From: a bacterium
GTDB lineage: Bacteria; Bacteroidota; Bacteroidia; CAILMK01; JACPUW01
NCBI GenBank assembly: GCA_016124515.1
Contig: WGNN01000037.1
Location: forward strand, 13,171-77,170
Reading direction: 5' to 3'
DNA: 64,000 nucleotides
In this document: positions 37,885 to 46,781 of the stretch, in pieces
Layout of the letters: the number at the start of each line of letters is the position of its first letter
Numbering within the stretch: the stretch's first letter is position 1
Notes under the pieces: generated by a model
Told to the model about the DNA's origin: nothing
The model's input: the letters and a program-made list of their open reading frames with translations, nothing else
The model's database searches: none
Program-made: the position numbers and the translations under genes

Positions 37885-38249
37885 TGAGCAATTGGCTGTT
37901 TGTGGGCGCGGGCGGATTTTTGGGCGCACTGGCACGCTACGGCATTAACAACCTGAGCAAAGGTTGGGTAAAAGAGTGGCCCTTGGGCACTTTGATTGTA
38001 AACTTAATAGGAAGCTTTTTGCTAAGCAGTTTGCTCTATGGCGTATTTAACCACAAATTGCTCAACGACCAATACCGCTTGCTCCTTATGGTGGGGTTTT
38101 GCGGCTCGCTTACCACCATGAGCACTTTTGCGCTCGATGTGGTACAGCTTGAGCAAAGCCACCGACTGCTTGAAGCCATTATCTATTTTATTATAAATTC
38201 ACTGGGTTGTATTTTCATGATTTATGTGGCCAAATTGCTTTTTGCCTAA
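37881..38249 (+). CDS. crcB: Fluoride ion channel CrcB
   Basis: 122 aa, 4 TM. Motifs [10 protein letters not shown] and [16 protein letters not shown] overlap with the upstream gene. Confidence 0.85.
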   Translation: MMSNWLFVGAGGFLGALARYGINNLSKGWVKEWPLGTLIVNLIGSFLLSSLLYGVFNHKLLNDQYRLLLMVGFCGSLTTMSTFALDVVQLEQSHRLLEAIIYFIINSLGCIFMIYVAKLLFA

Positions 38250-38261
38250 GGCGGTACGTTT

Positions 38262-38657
38262 CTACTCGGATGGGTTATCCGTGCGAATGTGCTCTATAAC
38301 AAAGTGTTTAGAGAATTCAAATTTTTGGCCTTGCCAGCGCATTTCGTTACCGCTGATGTTATAGGTCCAGTAGCTGTCGTCAGCCTCGCCGGCATCGCTA
38401 TCGAGCCACAGCCAGCCTTCCTTTGTAATAGACCACCTACCGGTATTTCTGCCAAATGGAGTGCCATCTGATACAAAAGTGTGGTCAGCATTCAACTCAA
38501 TCCAGCGGTCATTTTGTGGGTTGTGTTCGCTGCTTACATCCACGCCATCGTTTGTAATACGCGTCATTTTCCAATGGCCTTCAATTGTTTTTGGGGGCGA
38601 GCAGGAATAAGTTAACAAAACCAATATTCCGATTAAACAAATGAAAAAATGCTTCAT
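38262..38657 (-). CDS. Lipocalin-like lipoprotein
   Basis: ATG at 38657 gives MKHFFICLIGILVLLTYSC (lipobox). GHWKMTRI...GRWSITKEGWLWLD...WTYNISGNEMRW is typical of a lipocalin-like domain. Confidence 0.6.
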   Translation of the reverse strand: MKHFFICLIGILVLLTYSCSPPKTIEGHWKMTRITNDGVDVSSEHNPQNDRWIELNADHTFVSDGTPFGRNTGRWSITKEGWLWLDSDAGEADDSYWTYNISGNEMRWQGQKFEFSKHFVIEHIRTDNPSE

Positions 38658-38767
38658 AAAAACCGTTTTTATTACTGATAACGTATGGAAATTCTTCCTA
38701 TGACTTTGCAAGACCTGTCTTTTTGTTTTGAGAGTTCAACCTTTGGTTATTACAGTTAACGAATAAA

Positions 38768-39907
38768 TCATTTCAACTTAATGTCATTTCTGCCGGCCCA
38801 CTCACCCAAATCTTGCTTGTTGAGCGCTGCGGCCATTAGGTCAGGAAATAAATTGGGCGTGCAGGCAAATACAGGCACACCAATTGAATTCAAATAATGC
38901 GCATTGTTGTGGTCGTAGTAAGGCGCTCCATCGTCGTTCAAAGCCAAAAGGGTGACCATTTGCACGCCACTTTGCACAATTTCAGCCATTTTCTGCTGCA
39001 TTTTGCTGTTGTTTCCGCCTTCGTATAAATCTGAAATAAACACCAAAACGGTATCGTTGGGTCGTGCTATGATTTGCTGACAATAGCTCAAGGCTTTGTG
39101 AATATCGGTGCCACCGCCCAATTGAATGCCAAAAAGTACTTCAACAGGATCGTCCAATTGGTCGCTCATATCGACCACGCTTGTATCAAAAACCACCAAT
39201 TTGGTATCAACTGCCGGAATTGAAGCCATCACCGCGCCAAAAATGCCTGAATACACTACCGAAGTACCCATTGAGCCACTTTGGTCTATACACAACACAA
39301 TGTCTTTCATGCTCTTTCGCTTGCGGCCATAGCCAATGCGTGTTTCGGGAATGATGGTATTGTACTCTGGTTGGAAATGCTTCAGGTTTCTTTTGATGGT
39401 TTCGTGCCAATTGATTTCATTATGACGTGGCCTTCGGTTTCGGCTTGAGCGGTTCAAACTACCGCTAATGGCCTGTTCGGTTGGCGCTTTCAATTTTTGG
39501 ATCAGGTCGTCAACCACCTTTCTTACCACCAAACGTGCCGTTTCCTTTGATTTGGCGGGCAATGCACCGCGCAAACTCATCAAGTTGGCCACCAAATGCA
39601 CGTCAGGTACCACGGTTTCAAGCATTTCGGGCTCGGTGAGCATTTGGGTAAGGCTGAGCCGGTCAAGCGCATCTTTTTGCATAACCTGCACCACACTGTT
39701 GGGAAAATACTTCCTGATATCTCCCAACCAACGGCTCACATTGGGCGACGAAGGCCCCAAACCTCCTTTGCGCTCGGTATCGTACAAGGCTTCCAGGGTT
39801 TTATCCATTCCCGCCTCGGTTTGGTTCAAATCAACATTAAGTGCTTCATCGGCATCTTTGCCCAGCACCATGCGCCAGCGTTTAATGTTGTCTTTTTCTT
39901 CGGTCAT
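38768..39907 (-). CDS. VWA-domain protein (YehP-like), last gene of the SWIM-AAA-VWA operon
   Basis: 379 aa with MIDAS motif VLCIDQSGSMGTS in the C-terminal half. 9-nt gap to the upstream gene. Confidence 0.8.
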   Translation of the reverse strand: MTEEKDNIKRWRMVLGKDADEALNVDLNQTEAGMDKTLEALYDTERKGGLGPSSPNVSRWLGDIRKYFPNSVVQVMQKDALDRLSLTQMLTEPEMLETVVPDVHLVANLMSLRGALPAKSKETARLVVRKVVDDLIQKLKAPTEQAISGSLNRSSRNRRPRHNEINWHETIKRNLKHFQPEYNTIIPETRIGYGRKRKSMKDIVLCIDQSGSMGTSVVYSGIFGAVMASIPAVDTKLVVFDTSVVDMSDQLDDPVEVLFGIQLGGGTDIHKALSYCQQIIARPNDTVLVFISDLYEGGNNSKMQQKMAEIVQSGVQMVTLLALNDDGAPYYDHNNAHYLNSIGVPVFACTPNLFPDLMAAALNKQDLGEWAGRNDIKLK

Positions 39908-39916
39908 TTCCTTGAA

Positions 39917-42163
39917 TTAATTGTCATTTTGTTCCAACACTTCCACTTGGGAAAATTCGGAAGGTGGCAATCCAACCATCCACCTCAAGGTTGGCAATAA
40001 TTTTTGGGCGCGTTCGTGGTTCAGGTTTTCTTCACTTAGCGTTTGCTTCAATCGCTTGGTACCGTGTTTGGCTTTTTCTGCAATTTTTTGTTTTTCGCTT
40101 GCGCTAAAGCTTGCAAAAGTTCTTCGCAGAAGCGGAATGGTGTCGTTAAATCCATCATCTTCCAAGCTTGAAATCCACTCATTTATGATTTCCCAAATCT
40201 CATCGTCGAGCAACAAAACCATGGCCGCATCTTTCAAAAAGCCTTCAATCCAAGCGGCGGCATGGGCGGCCTCGGTACCTATAGAAAGCGCCCTGCTGAA
40301 CCTTTTGGCTGTTTCGTTTCCAGTAATAAATTGTTGGTCGTACAACAATTTGCAACTTGTGCCATGAAGCAGTGCGGCGGCTTTTTCGTTGTCGGCCACG
40401 GCCAATAGCGTTTGCATCCAATCTTGCAGCATAGCTGAATCATCTAAGAGCAATACGCCCTGCTGCATGTCTTTGAGCACCTGCGCCATTTCGGCGGCTT
40501 GTTCTTGGTCAATGCCTGTGCAGCTCATGGGCAATGCAGCGGTAATCCGGTTAAAAATCGTGTCAACAATTTCGCCTACCACTTCAAGGTCGGTTTGCCT
40601 TACGTTGCCATATCGCTTTATTTGAATGAGCGGTAAAATGGCTTTCATCAAAACCTTGCTATCGGTGGTGGTTGATGCCAAACTGTCCATTTTTCGCATG
40701 AGCGCTTCAATGCCTTGATGCAGATCAGCCGGAAGCGCCGTTTCGAGCAAGGTGGTGATTTCGTCAAGCTTGGCACTTTCATTGGCTTTTGAAATTAAAA
40801 AAGCATTGGCGGCCATTTCAATGGTATTGCCCCAAATGGCCTTGTCGAGCAACTGCAGGGTTTGGTCGGGGCGCCACATAAGCTCCCACTGCTCCTTAAA
40901 CGTGCCTTTGCCACCCACAAAGCTTTGTTGTGCCCATTGTATTCCCAAAACAGCCACCTGATGAATCAGTACGCTTTTTTCGCGGTGGGTTTCGTCGCGC
41001 AGGTCAAGTTTCAGCGTTTTTGGTTCTTCAGTGATTTTTATTCTGAGCTTTTTGGCCTTGAGTTCCAAATCCTTTTGAATGGGAACTTGCGGCGCATCGG
41101 CGGGAACTTCGCCGTATGTATTGCCTACTATCAAATCGCGCCAAACAATGCGCATTTGCACTTCATCGCCCATGCACATTACGGTTTGGGTGGCTTCGTT
41201 TAGCTCATGCAAACCGGGTTTGGGTTTTTGCCTTAAAGCCGCAAGAGTTTGCGCAAGCCGCACACTTTCAATTACATGTGACGAGGCAATGTCAATTTGG
41301 TGTTTTCTAAAAATGGCCGCTGCTTTGCTGAGCCAAATGCTGCCGTCATCACCGGGATTTTGCCAGCAGTTTTCATAATACCCCGGTGAATTGACACCCG
41401 CGCCATAACCGCTGTAATAACTCAAACGGTCGTTGGTCCAGGGAATCCAGGTACATTCAATTTTGGTTTTGGGCAGTTTTTTGGTGAGGTCATTGTCGTG
41501 TTTGACGGTAACTTTTTTCTTAAGCGCAGGCACGTGAAAAGCACCGCAAACCACCGCTATGCTGTGAAACATTTCCTTTTCGGCCTGTCGGATGGCCTGC
41601 CGCATAAAAGCTTCGCGGCGTTGCTCGTTCAAGCTTTCGGGCAAATCCAATGCTTCGCGCAATGAAGTAAAAGCTTCTTCAATGGCCTCGAAATGCTCGT
41701 TGCTTTGGCTGCTGAGCTCAAAATGCTGTTCCCACCATTCTTCTTCGTTATCAAAACCCGCCGCCTCAGCCAAATATTGCATAGGCGATTTGTATGTAAT
41801 TGACTCATTTTCTATGTTTTCCAACAGCTCGTTTTCCGTTAGGTTTTCTGCCAATTTATGGGCCAAAGGCATGTCGATGAAACGGATGGGAATTTGGTTT
41901 TCGAGTCCGTACAAAATTGCCTGCCACTCCGGCGAATAATTGGTGAAGGGGTAAAAAGTGGCGTTTTTGGGTTCGTTTGGGTCGTAGGCCAACAAGGCAA
42001 CAGGTGGCTTCATTTCAATGTGCTGCACCCATTGCAGCATATCTTCTGCTTCGGGCGGACCTTCAATCAGGAGCACATCGGGCTTGAGTGCATTGAGCTT
42101 GTGCACCAATTGCCGCGCCGAACCGGGGCCGTGGTGGCGTATGCCTAGTAGGTGAATGGCCAT
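39917..42163 (-). CDS. Large DUF5682-like protein (YehM-like)
   Basis: 748 aa. The N-terminal IHLLGIRHHGPGSARQL matches my memory of DUF5682/YehM starts. Its position between the MoxR-type AAA and VWA genes fits that family. Confidence 0.6.
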   Translation of the reverse strand: MAIHLLGIRHHGPGSARQLVHKLNALKPDVLLIEGPPEAEDMLQWVQHIEMKPPVALLAYDPNEPKNATFYPFTNYSPEWQAILYGLENQIPIRFIDMPLAHKLAENLTENELLENIENESITYKSPMQYLAEAAGFDNEEEWWEQHFELSSQSNEHFEAIEEAFTSLREALDLPESLNEQRREAFMRQAIRQAEKEMFHSIAVVCGAFHVPALKKKVTVKHDNDLTKKLPKTKIECTWIPWTNDRLSYYSGYGAGVNSPGYYENCWQNPGDDGSIWLSKAAAIFRKHQIDIASSHVIESVRLAQTLAALRQKPKPGLHELNEATQTVMCMGDEVQMRIVWRDLIVGNTYGEVPADAPQVPIQKDLELKAKKLRIKITEEPKTLKLDLRDETHREKSVLIHQVAVLGIQWAQQSFVGGKGTFKEQWELMWRPDQTLQLLDKAIWGNTIEMAANAFLISKANESAKLDEITTLLETALPADLHQGIEALMRKMDSLASTTTDSKVLMKAILPLIQIKRYGNVRQTDLEVVGEIVDTIFNRITAALPMSCTGIDQEQAAEMAQVLKDMQQGVLLLDDSAMLQDWMQTLLAVADNEKAAALLHGTSCKLLYDQQFITGNETAKRFSRALSIGTEAAHAAAWIEGFLKDAAMVLLLDDEIWEIINEWISSLEDDGFNDTIPLLRRTFASFSASEKQKIAEKAKHGTKRLKQTLSEENLNHERAQKLLPTLRWMVGLPPSEFSQVEVLEQNDN

Positions 42164-42225
42164 TTTTGTAGCGTTTGCGTGGTTTTATTTGGTTTTAATC
42201 GTTTCATCTTTTGGTCTTTCTATTA

Positions 42226-42266
42226 TTTTGAGTGCATGGGTAACTCGGCTGGAGCCGAGCTACAAG
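42226..42266. repeat. 41-bp repeat copy 1 (REP-like, contains palindrome CTCGGCTGGAGCCGAG)
   Basis: TTTTGAGTGCATGGGTAACTCGGCTGGAGCCGAGCTACAAG is identical to 42692-42732. Confidence 0.9.
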
Positions 42267-42288
42267 ATAAAAAACAACATACGCCAAC

Positions 42289-42306
42289 GCTCGGCTCCAG
42301 CCGAGT
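42289..42306. repeat. Partial inverted copy of the REP-like palindrome
   Basis: GCTCGGCTCCAGCCGAGT contains the reverse complement of the 16-nt palindrome core. Confidence 0.7.
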
Positions 42307-42337
42307 GTAACATGTACTCCGAGTCCACAACATATTT

Positions 42338-42484
42338 CTATTCATTCTCGCCATAAACTCTTCCAGTTATTTTTTTAAGAGGATTTTCAAAATGTGCACT
42401 GCTGTAAATCCAATGATCTGGTTCAGAAACCAGCCTTGCTTTAACTGGGTTTTGCAGACTCTTTTTTGCCCCAATAGGGAACTT
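42338..42484 (-). pseudogene. C-terminal remnant of an IS200/IS605-like Y1 (RAYT-type) transposase
   Basis: The minus-strand frame reads KFPIGAKKSLQNPVKARLVSEPDHWIYSSAHFENPLKKITGRVYGENE*. The QNPVKAxLV...W.YSS signature is the conserved tail of Y1 transposases. The frame is closed by a stop immediately upstream, so only about 48 codons remain. Confidence 0.6.
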
Positions 42485-42499
42485 TCATTTATACGCCAC

Positions 42500-42703
42500 T
42501 TATAAGCCATTTACGCCATTTATTAATTCATAAAATGCCCCTTTTCTTTTTCCTTTCATAATTAGAATTTCTTTTTCAACCAGTAATTCTAGGTCTCTTA
42601 CTGATGTTCTCGCTGATGTTTGATTTAAATTTTGGTAATCACTATTCGTTATTTTTCCATTCTCTTTTACAAAAAGTACGGCCTTCACTTGTTTTGAGTG
42701 CAT
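42500..42703 (-). pseudogene. Orphan winged-HTH fragment (C-terminal type found in Fic / AlbA-type regulators)
   Basis: VLFVKENGKITNSDYQNLNQTSARTSVRDLELLVEKEILIMKGKRKGAFYELI. The longer track ORF (to 42799) reads through repeat copy 2 and overlaps the AAA gene end. It could alternatively be a 67-aa stand-alone regulator. Confidence 0.4.
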
Positions 42704-42732
42704 GGGTAACTCGGCTGGAGCCGAGCTACAAG
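42692..42732. repeat. 41-bp repeat copy 2 (REP-like)
   Basis: Identical to 42226-42266, in direct orientation, 27 nt downstream of the AAA gene stop. Confidence 0.9.
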
Positions 42733-42759
42733 GTAAAAACCAACAGTTGCCATCACTTA

Positions 42760-43842
42760 TCAAATTATATCTCTGCAAGATCGGTAAATATCTTTCCAAC
42801 CTTCGCGTTGTTTGAGCACGGTTTCCATGTATTCCTGAAAAACCACTTTGTCTTGCACAGGATCTTTAACTACAGCTCCCAAAACACCGCTCGCCAAATC
42901 ATCTGCTTTTATGCTGCCATCGCCAAAATGGTGGCTTAGGGCCAGGCCGCTGTTCATCACCGAAATGGCTTCTGCCGTGCTCAATGTGCCGCTCGGTGAT
43001 TTCAATTTGGTTTTTCCATCTTCTGAAACGCCATTGCGCAACTCCCTGAAAATGGTCACTATGCGTTTTATCTCCTCTAAAATGGGTTTTTCAATGGGCA
43101 TGTCAATGGCTTTGCTGAAGCTGCTAACCCGTTGACGCACAATTTCCACCTCTTCGTCCATAGTGGCGGGAACCGGTAGAATTACCGTATTGAACCTTCT
43201 TTTTAAGGCACTCGAAAGTTCGTTTACGCCTTTGTCGCGGTTGTTGGCGGTGGCTATCACGTTGAAACCACGGGTGGCTTGTATTTGGGTGTTGAGCTCC
43301 GGTATCGGCATCATTTTTTCCGACAAAATGGTGATGAGCGTATCTTGCACATCAGCGCCTATTCGGGTCAGTTCTTCTACACGCACGGTTTTTCCGGCTT
43401 TCATTCCTTTTATCATGGGGGTTTCAACCACGGCTTCGGGCACCGGACCTTTGGCCAAAAGCAAGGCGTAGTTCCAACCGTATCTTATGGCTTCTTCGCT
43501 TGTGCCGGCGGTTCCTTGAATTATCAGGTTTGAGTTGCCCGATATGGCCGCTGCCAAATGCTCAGAGACCCATGATTTTGCAGTTCCGGGCAAACCGTAA
43601 AGCAGCAAGGCCCTGTCGGTGGTGAGTGTGGCTACGGCAATTTCCATTAGCCTTTTGTTGCCAATGTATTTGGGTGAAATATCCACGCCGTTTTTGAGTT
43701 TGCCACCCATTAAATAAGTAACCACAGCCTGCGGTGACAATTGCCAATTTTGCGGTTTTGAATGTGTATCCGTTGCCTTCAGCGCATCAAGTTCGTGTGC
43801 AAATTGCTCTTCGGCTGATTGTCTTAGTATGTTATGTGCCAT
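42760..43842 (-). CDS. MoxR-type AAA+ ATPase (AAA_5; YehL-like)
   Basis: 360 aa. Walker A LYGLPGTAKS, a Walker B region, and a MoxR-like SSALKRRF segment. Confidence 0.8.
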   Translation of the reverse strand: MAHNILRQSAEEQFAHELDALKATDTHSKPQNWQLSPQAVVTYLMGGKLKNGVDISPKYIGNKRLMEIAVATLTTDRALLLYGLPGTAKSWVSEHLAAAISGNSNLIIQGTAGTSEEAIRYGWNYALLLAKGPVPEAVVETPMIKGMKAGKTVRVEELTRIGADVQDTLITILSEKMMPIPELNTQIQATRGFNVIATANNRDKGVNELSSALKRRFNTVILPVPATMDEEVEIVRQRVSSFSKAIDMPIEKPILEEIKRIVTIFRELRNGVSEDGKTKLKSPSGTLSTAEAISVMNSGLALSHHFGDGSIKADDLASGVLGAVVKDPVQDKVVFQEYMETVLKQREGWKDIYRSCRDII

Positions 43843-43855
43843 TCTTTATTATTTT

Positions 43856-45355
43856 TCAGTTGATGGTAAGTCGCTCCATTTCTTCAAGAATATAGAGCAT
43901 TTCATTTAGTTGGTTTTTCAAAAATCTTAGCTCAAAATGGCCGTCGCCAATTCGGTGGGCCAGTTCCTGCAAATTGTTTTTATGTGAGAGTGGAAGTAAA
44001 TAAGCCAATTCGGTGTACTGCGCGGCGGTAATTAAATAGGGTGCACGTTTTAAAGTCCTTATTACAAAAACAGTTAAATCATAATCAATTGGTTTGTTGC
44101 GGTTGATGATATACAATAAGGCTTGCGCAGGTGGACCCATATTTGTGCCCTGTGGTTCCTTTTGAAGGTTTTGTGTTAAAATTTCATTTTGTTTGGCTTC
44201 GGGTAAAACATCAAGTAAACGGTTATCTGCCATTCCCGACTTTTCAATAAGCAAGCCCGCCAATTGGGTGTCTTTAAAATTAATGGCCCATTGCACCAAA
44301 AAAGGTTTCAACAAGTCGTAATCATTATGATTTACAAAGAGTTTAAAAATTTCGTCCTTTGGTAAAATATACTTGTGCGCTATGGCATCAGGAGGTACCA
44401 CTGTGAGGCATTGCGCCATCCAAAACAAATGGTCTGAAAACCCTTTTTGAGAACTTATTTGCTCCAATCCAAAACTAAAAAGCACATCGGCAGGTCGTGT
44501 TTCCTTCACTTCAAGCAACCGTTTTTTACCCATGAGCAACCGGCGTTCTTCTTTTATATGAATGGCGTTGAAAAAATGCTCTGCAAATGCTTTGTTCACA
44601 ACGCTACCGGGCAGTTCTTGTAGAAGGGCAGCCGCCTTGTTTTGCACTTTTGTGCTTCGGTCTTGCAGCAATTCCATTAGAAATTCTTCGTCATATTTTC
44701 CGCTGTTTTGCTCCAAAACTTCTATAAAAGCCAAGCGGTTGTTGGCGTTTTCTTGCGGCAGGGTTTGTTTGAGCAAGGCAATGACTTCTTGTGGATGGTG
44801 TTTCCGCAAATCCGCTACATACAACAATCGGCTGTTGAAATCCATTAGTTCCCAATCAAGTGCTTTGGTTTTTGCGCCAAAAAGTGTTTGCCAATTTTTG
44901 TTGAATTGTGCCAACCAAGCGGCTCTGAGCCCCAGGCAATCTAAAAATGCTTGATTTGCCAACTCTTTGTGTTTTAATGCCAAATTGAGCAAAGCCGGCA
45001 CCAGCCGTGGCGAAACTATCATGTTTTTCTGTAGCAATTGCCGTTGGGCAAAGGCTATAAGCCGGGCATTCCCCTTATTTATAACCCTTTCAAAAGTGTT
45101 TTGAAAACGAAGCGGGGCATAGGTTTTTACTTCGGGCGGGGCTTCTTTGGCGGGGCCTGTATTTTTTGCCAATTGCACCGCCGCCTCAAAATAGTTGAGC
45201 ACCAAAAAACTTGATTTTAAAAAAGCATCTTCGTTGTCGCTTTGCCCCTTTTTTATGCTTTCAATTTCATTGCTTAAAATACTTCCCATGGTATTTGGGC
45301 TGTATTTGGCGGTGCCTAAAATGGCGGTTTTTATCAACTCCTTTTCTACACTCAT
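43856..45355 (-). CDS. Helical-repeat protein, DUF5691-like by position
   Basis: About 499 aa from ATG 45355, which forms an ATGA overlap with the SWIM gene stop. All-helical. From memory, DUF5691 occupies this position in SWIM-AAA-DUF5682-VWA clusters. Confidence 0.5.
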   Translation of the reverse strand: MSVEKELIKTAILGTAKYSPNTMGSILSNEIESIKKGQSDNEDAFLKSSFLVLNYFEAAVQLAKNTGPAKEAPPEVKTYAPLRFQNTFERVINKGNARLIAFAQRQLLQKNMIVSPRLVPALLNLALKHKELANQAFLDCLGLRAAWLAQFNKNWQTLFGAKTKALDWELMDFNSRLLYVADLRKHHPQEVIALLKQTLPQENANNRLAFIEVLEQNSGKYDEEFLMELLQDRSTKVQNKAAALLQELPGSVVNKAFAEHFFNAIHIKEERRLLMGKKRLLEVKETRPADVLFSFGLEQISSQKGFSDHLFWMAQCLTVVPPDAIAHKYILPKDEIFKLFVNHNDYDLLKPFLVQWAINFKDTQLAGLLIEKSGMADNRLLDVLPEAKQNEILTQNLQKEPQGTNMGPPAQALLYIINRNKPIDYDLTVFVIRTLKRAPYLITAAQYTELAYLLPLSHKNNLQELAHRIGDGHFELRFLKNQLNEMLYILEEMERLTIN

Positions 45356-46668
45356 AAGCAATGGATTTGTTGGTTTACCACTATGGCTGCCACCGAAAAA
45401 TGCATGGATTCAATCAATAGGAAAGCATCAAAACTTTTGCCGCCGCTTAACGCCAATAATTGCCACAACTGATCCTGTTTGTTTTCAATTAGTATTGTGT
45501 TGGCGTATTGGTCAACCAACTGCATTTTTTCTTCATGAAATATTATAGATACGTTTCCAATAAATGCACCTGTGTTTTCAACCAGCGGATTTTGGGCCTT
45601 CACCTTGGTTATTTTTTCGAATAAATCATCGAGCGAGCGTAAATCAGGCTTCAGCTTAAGGGGTTCGTTACTTGTGCTTTTTGACTTGACCAAAGCCCGC
45701 TGATTGCCCACACCTGGGTAAAAACACAAGGCCGCATCAATTAACTGCCGCGATGTAAGCAACTCGTGGGGTTTTTGAGCACCGGCATAAAAATCAAGCA
45801 CCAAGGCCATTTTTTTGGTGCTAGTGCCATAGAGCCAATTTTTCACAGTGGTGAGTTTTTCGTTGGTTTCCGCACTGTGCGAAAAAACCAGCCACTGATC
45901 GTGCACCGGCGTTTGAGCCAATACCTCCTCTTTGCTCACCGACCAGCCTACAAGGGCATTTATTTCAGCTTGCCAATCGCTATTTAGCTGCGCGCGTTGC
46001 TTGTAAAGCTCAGTAATGGCATACATGCGCGACAGTTTTTTGAGCAGTTGCTTTTCCCAGCCCTCCGCATAGAAATTGATGTTTTCAATACTTCTGAGTT
46101 CGGCAGCCAAACCACCGGCTTGGGCATCAACCATACGCGAGGCAATGTTGGCAGTGAACGAATAAAGGTTTTGCGGAACGTTCATAATGCCGTTTCGCAC
46201 CACATCCTTGAGCCACAATTGCAGTTCTTCAATGCCACTGTCCACCTTCAATTCGCGCTTTTCAATGCGCTTGCTTTGGGCCTTTTCATCAAGGGGTTTT
46301 TCGACTTTTTGTGCCGCTTTTTCCTGCCGGGCTTCTCTTTTGTTGAGCCACTCGTTTACAAAGTCGGGCAAGTCGTTTTGCGTAGTAAATGCATTTTGAT
46401 TTTGCGCATAAAGCAATAAAAGACCAAGACCATGTTTGCAGGGAAATTTTCGACTGGGGCAGGAACATTTAAAGGCCATGTTTTGCGCGTCGATGGCCGT
46501 TTTGTATGGGTTTTTGCCGCTGCCCTGGCAGTAGCCCCACAAGGCCTGTTGGTTGTAAGCCAATGTGAGCCAATGACTTGGAGATGCCAGTTTTTGGGCG
46601 GCTGTAAGCGAACCGCTATCAGGAGCAAGTTGGCGTATTTGGTCGGGACTTATTTTCAAATGAACCAC
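45352..46668 (-). CDS. SWIM zinc-finger protein (YehQ-like)
   Basis: 438 aa. CSCPSRKFPCKHGLGLLLLY is the CxCx(n)CxH SWIM motif. Confidence 0.8.
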   Translation of the reverse strand: MVHLKISPDQIRQLAPDSGSLTAAQKLASPSHWLTLAYNQQALWGYCQGSGKNPYKTAIDAQNMAFKCSCPSRKFPCKHGLGLLLLYAQNQNAFTTQNDLPDFVNEWLNKREARQEKAAQKVEKPLDEKAQSKRIEKRELKVDSGIEELQLWLKDVVRNGIMNVPQNLYSFTANIASRMVDAQAGGLAAELRSIENINFYAEGWEKQLLKKLSRMYAITELYKQRAQLNSDWQAEINALVGWSVSKEEVLAQTPVHDQWLVFSHSAETNEKLTTVKNWLYGTSTKKMALVLDFYAGAQKPHELLTSRQLIDAALCFYPGVGNQRALVKSKSTSNEPLKLKPDLRSLDDLFEKITKVKAQNPLVENTGAFIGNVSIIFHEEKMQLVDQYANTILIENKQDQLWQLLALSGGKSFDAFLLIESMHFSVAAIVVNQQIHCL

Positions 46669-46781
46669 AAATTAGGCTGTGCTAATATGGGGAAATGCCT
46701 TTGAAAGGAGAAGAGAAATTGACCACAATTTTTTGAGGCGGGAAGCTGTAGCTGCTTTGGGTTAGCTATGAAGTAAACCGC

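Noticed and set aside
39468-42148. + strand ORFs across the VWA and DUF5682-like genes (39468..39920, 39921..40367, 41592..41939 and others)
   Set aside because: They are Ser/Cys-rich shadow frames opposite long, well-supported minus-strand genes.
42500-42799. 99-aa track ORF taken at face value as an intact gene
   Set aside because: Its N-terminal third is the translation of the 41-bp REP-like repeat and overlaps the AAA gene end. Only the C-terminal wHTH part looks like real former coding sequence, so I recorded it as a fragment.
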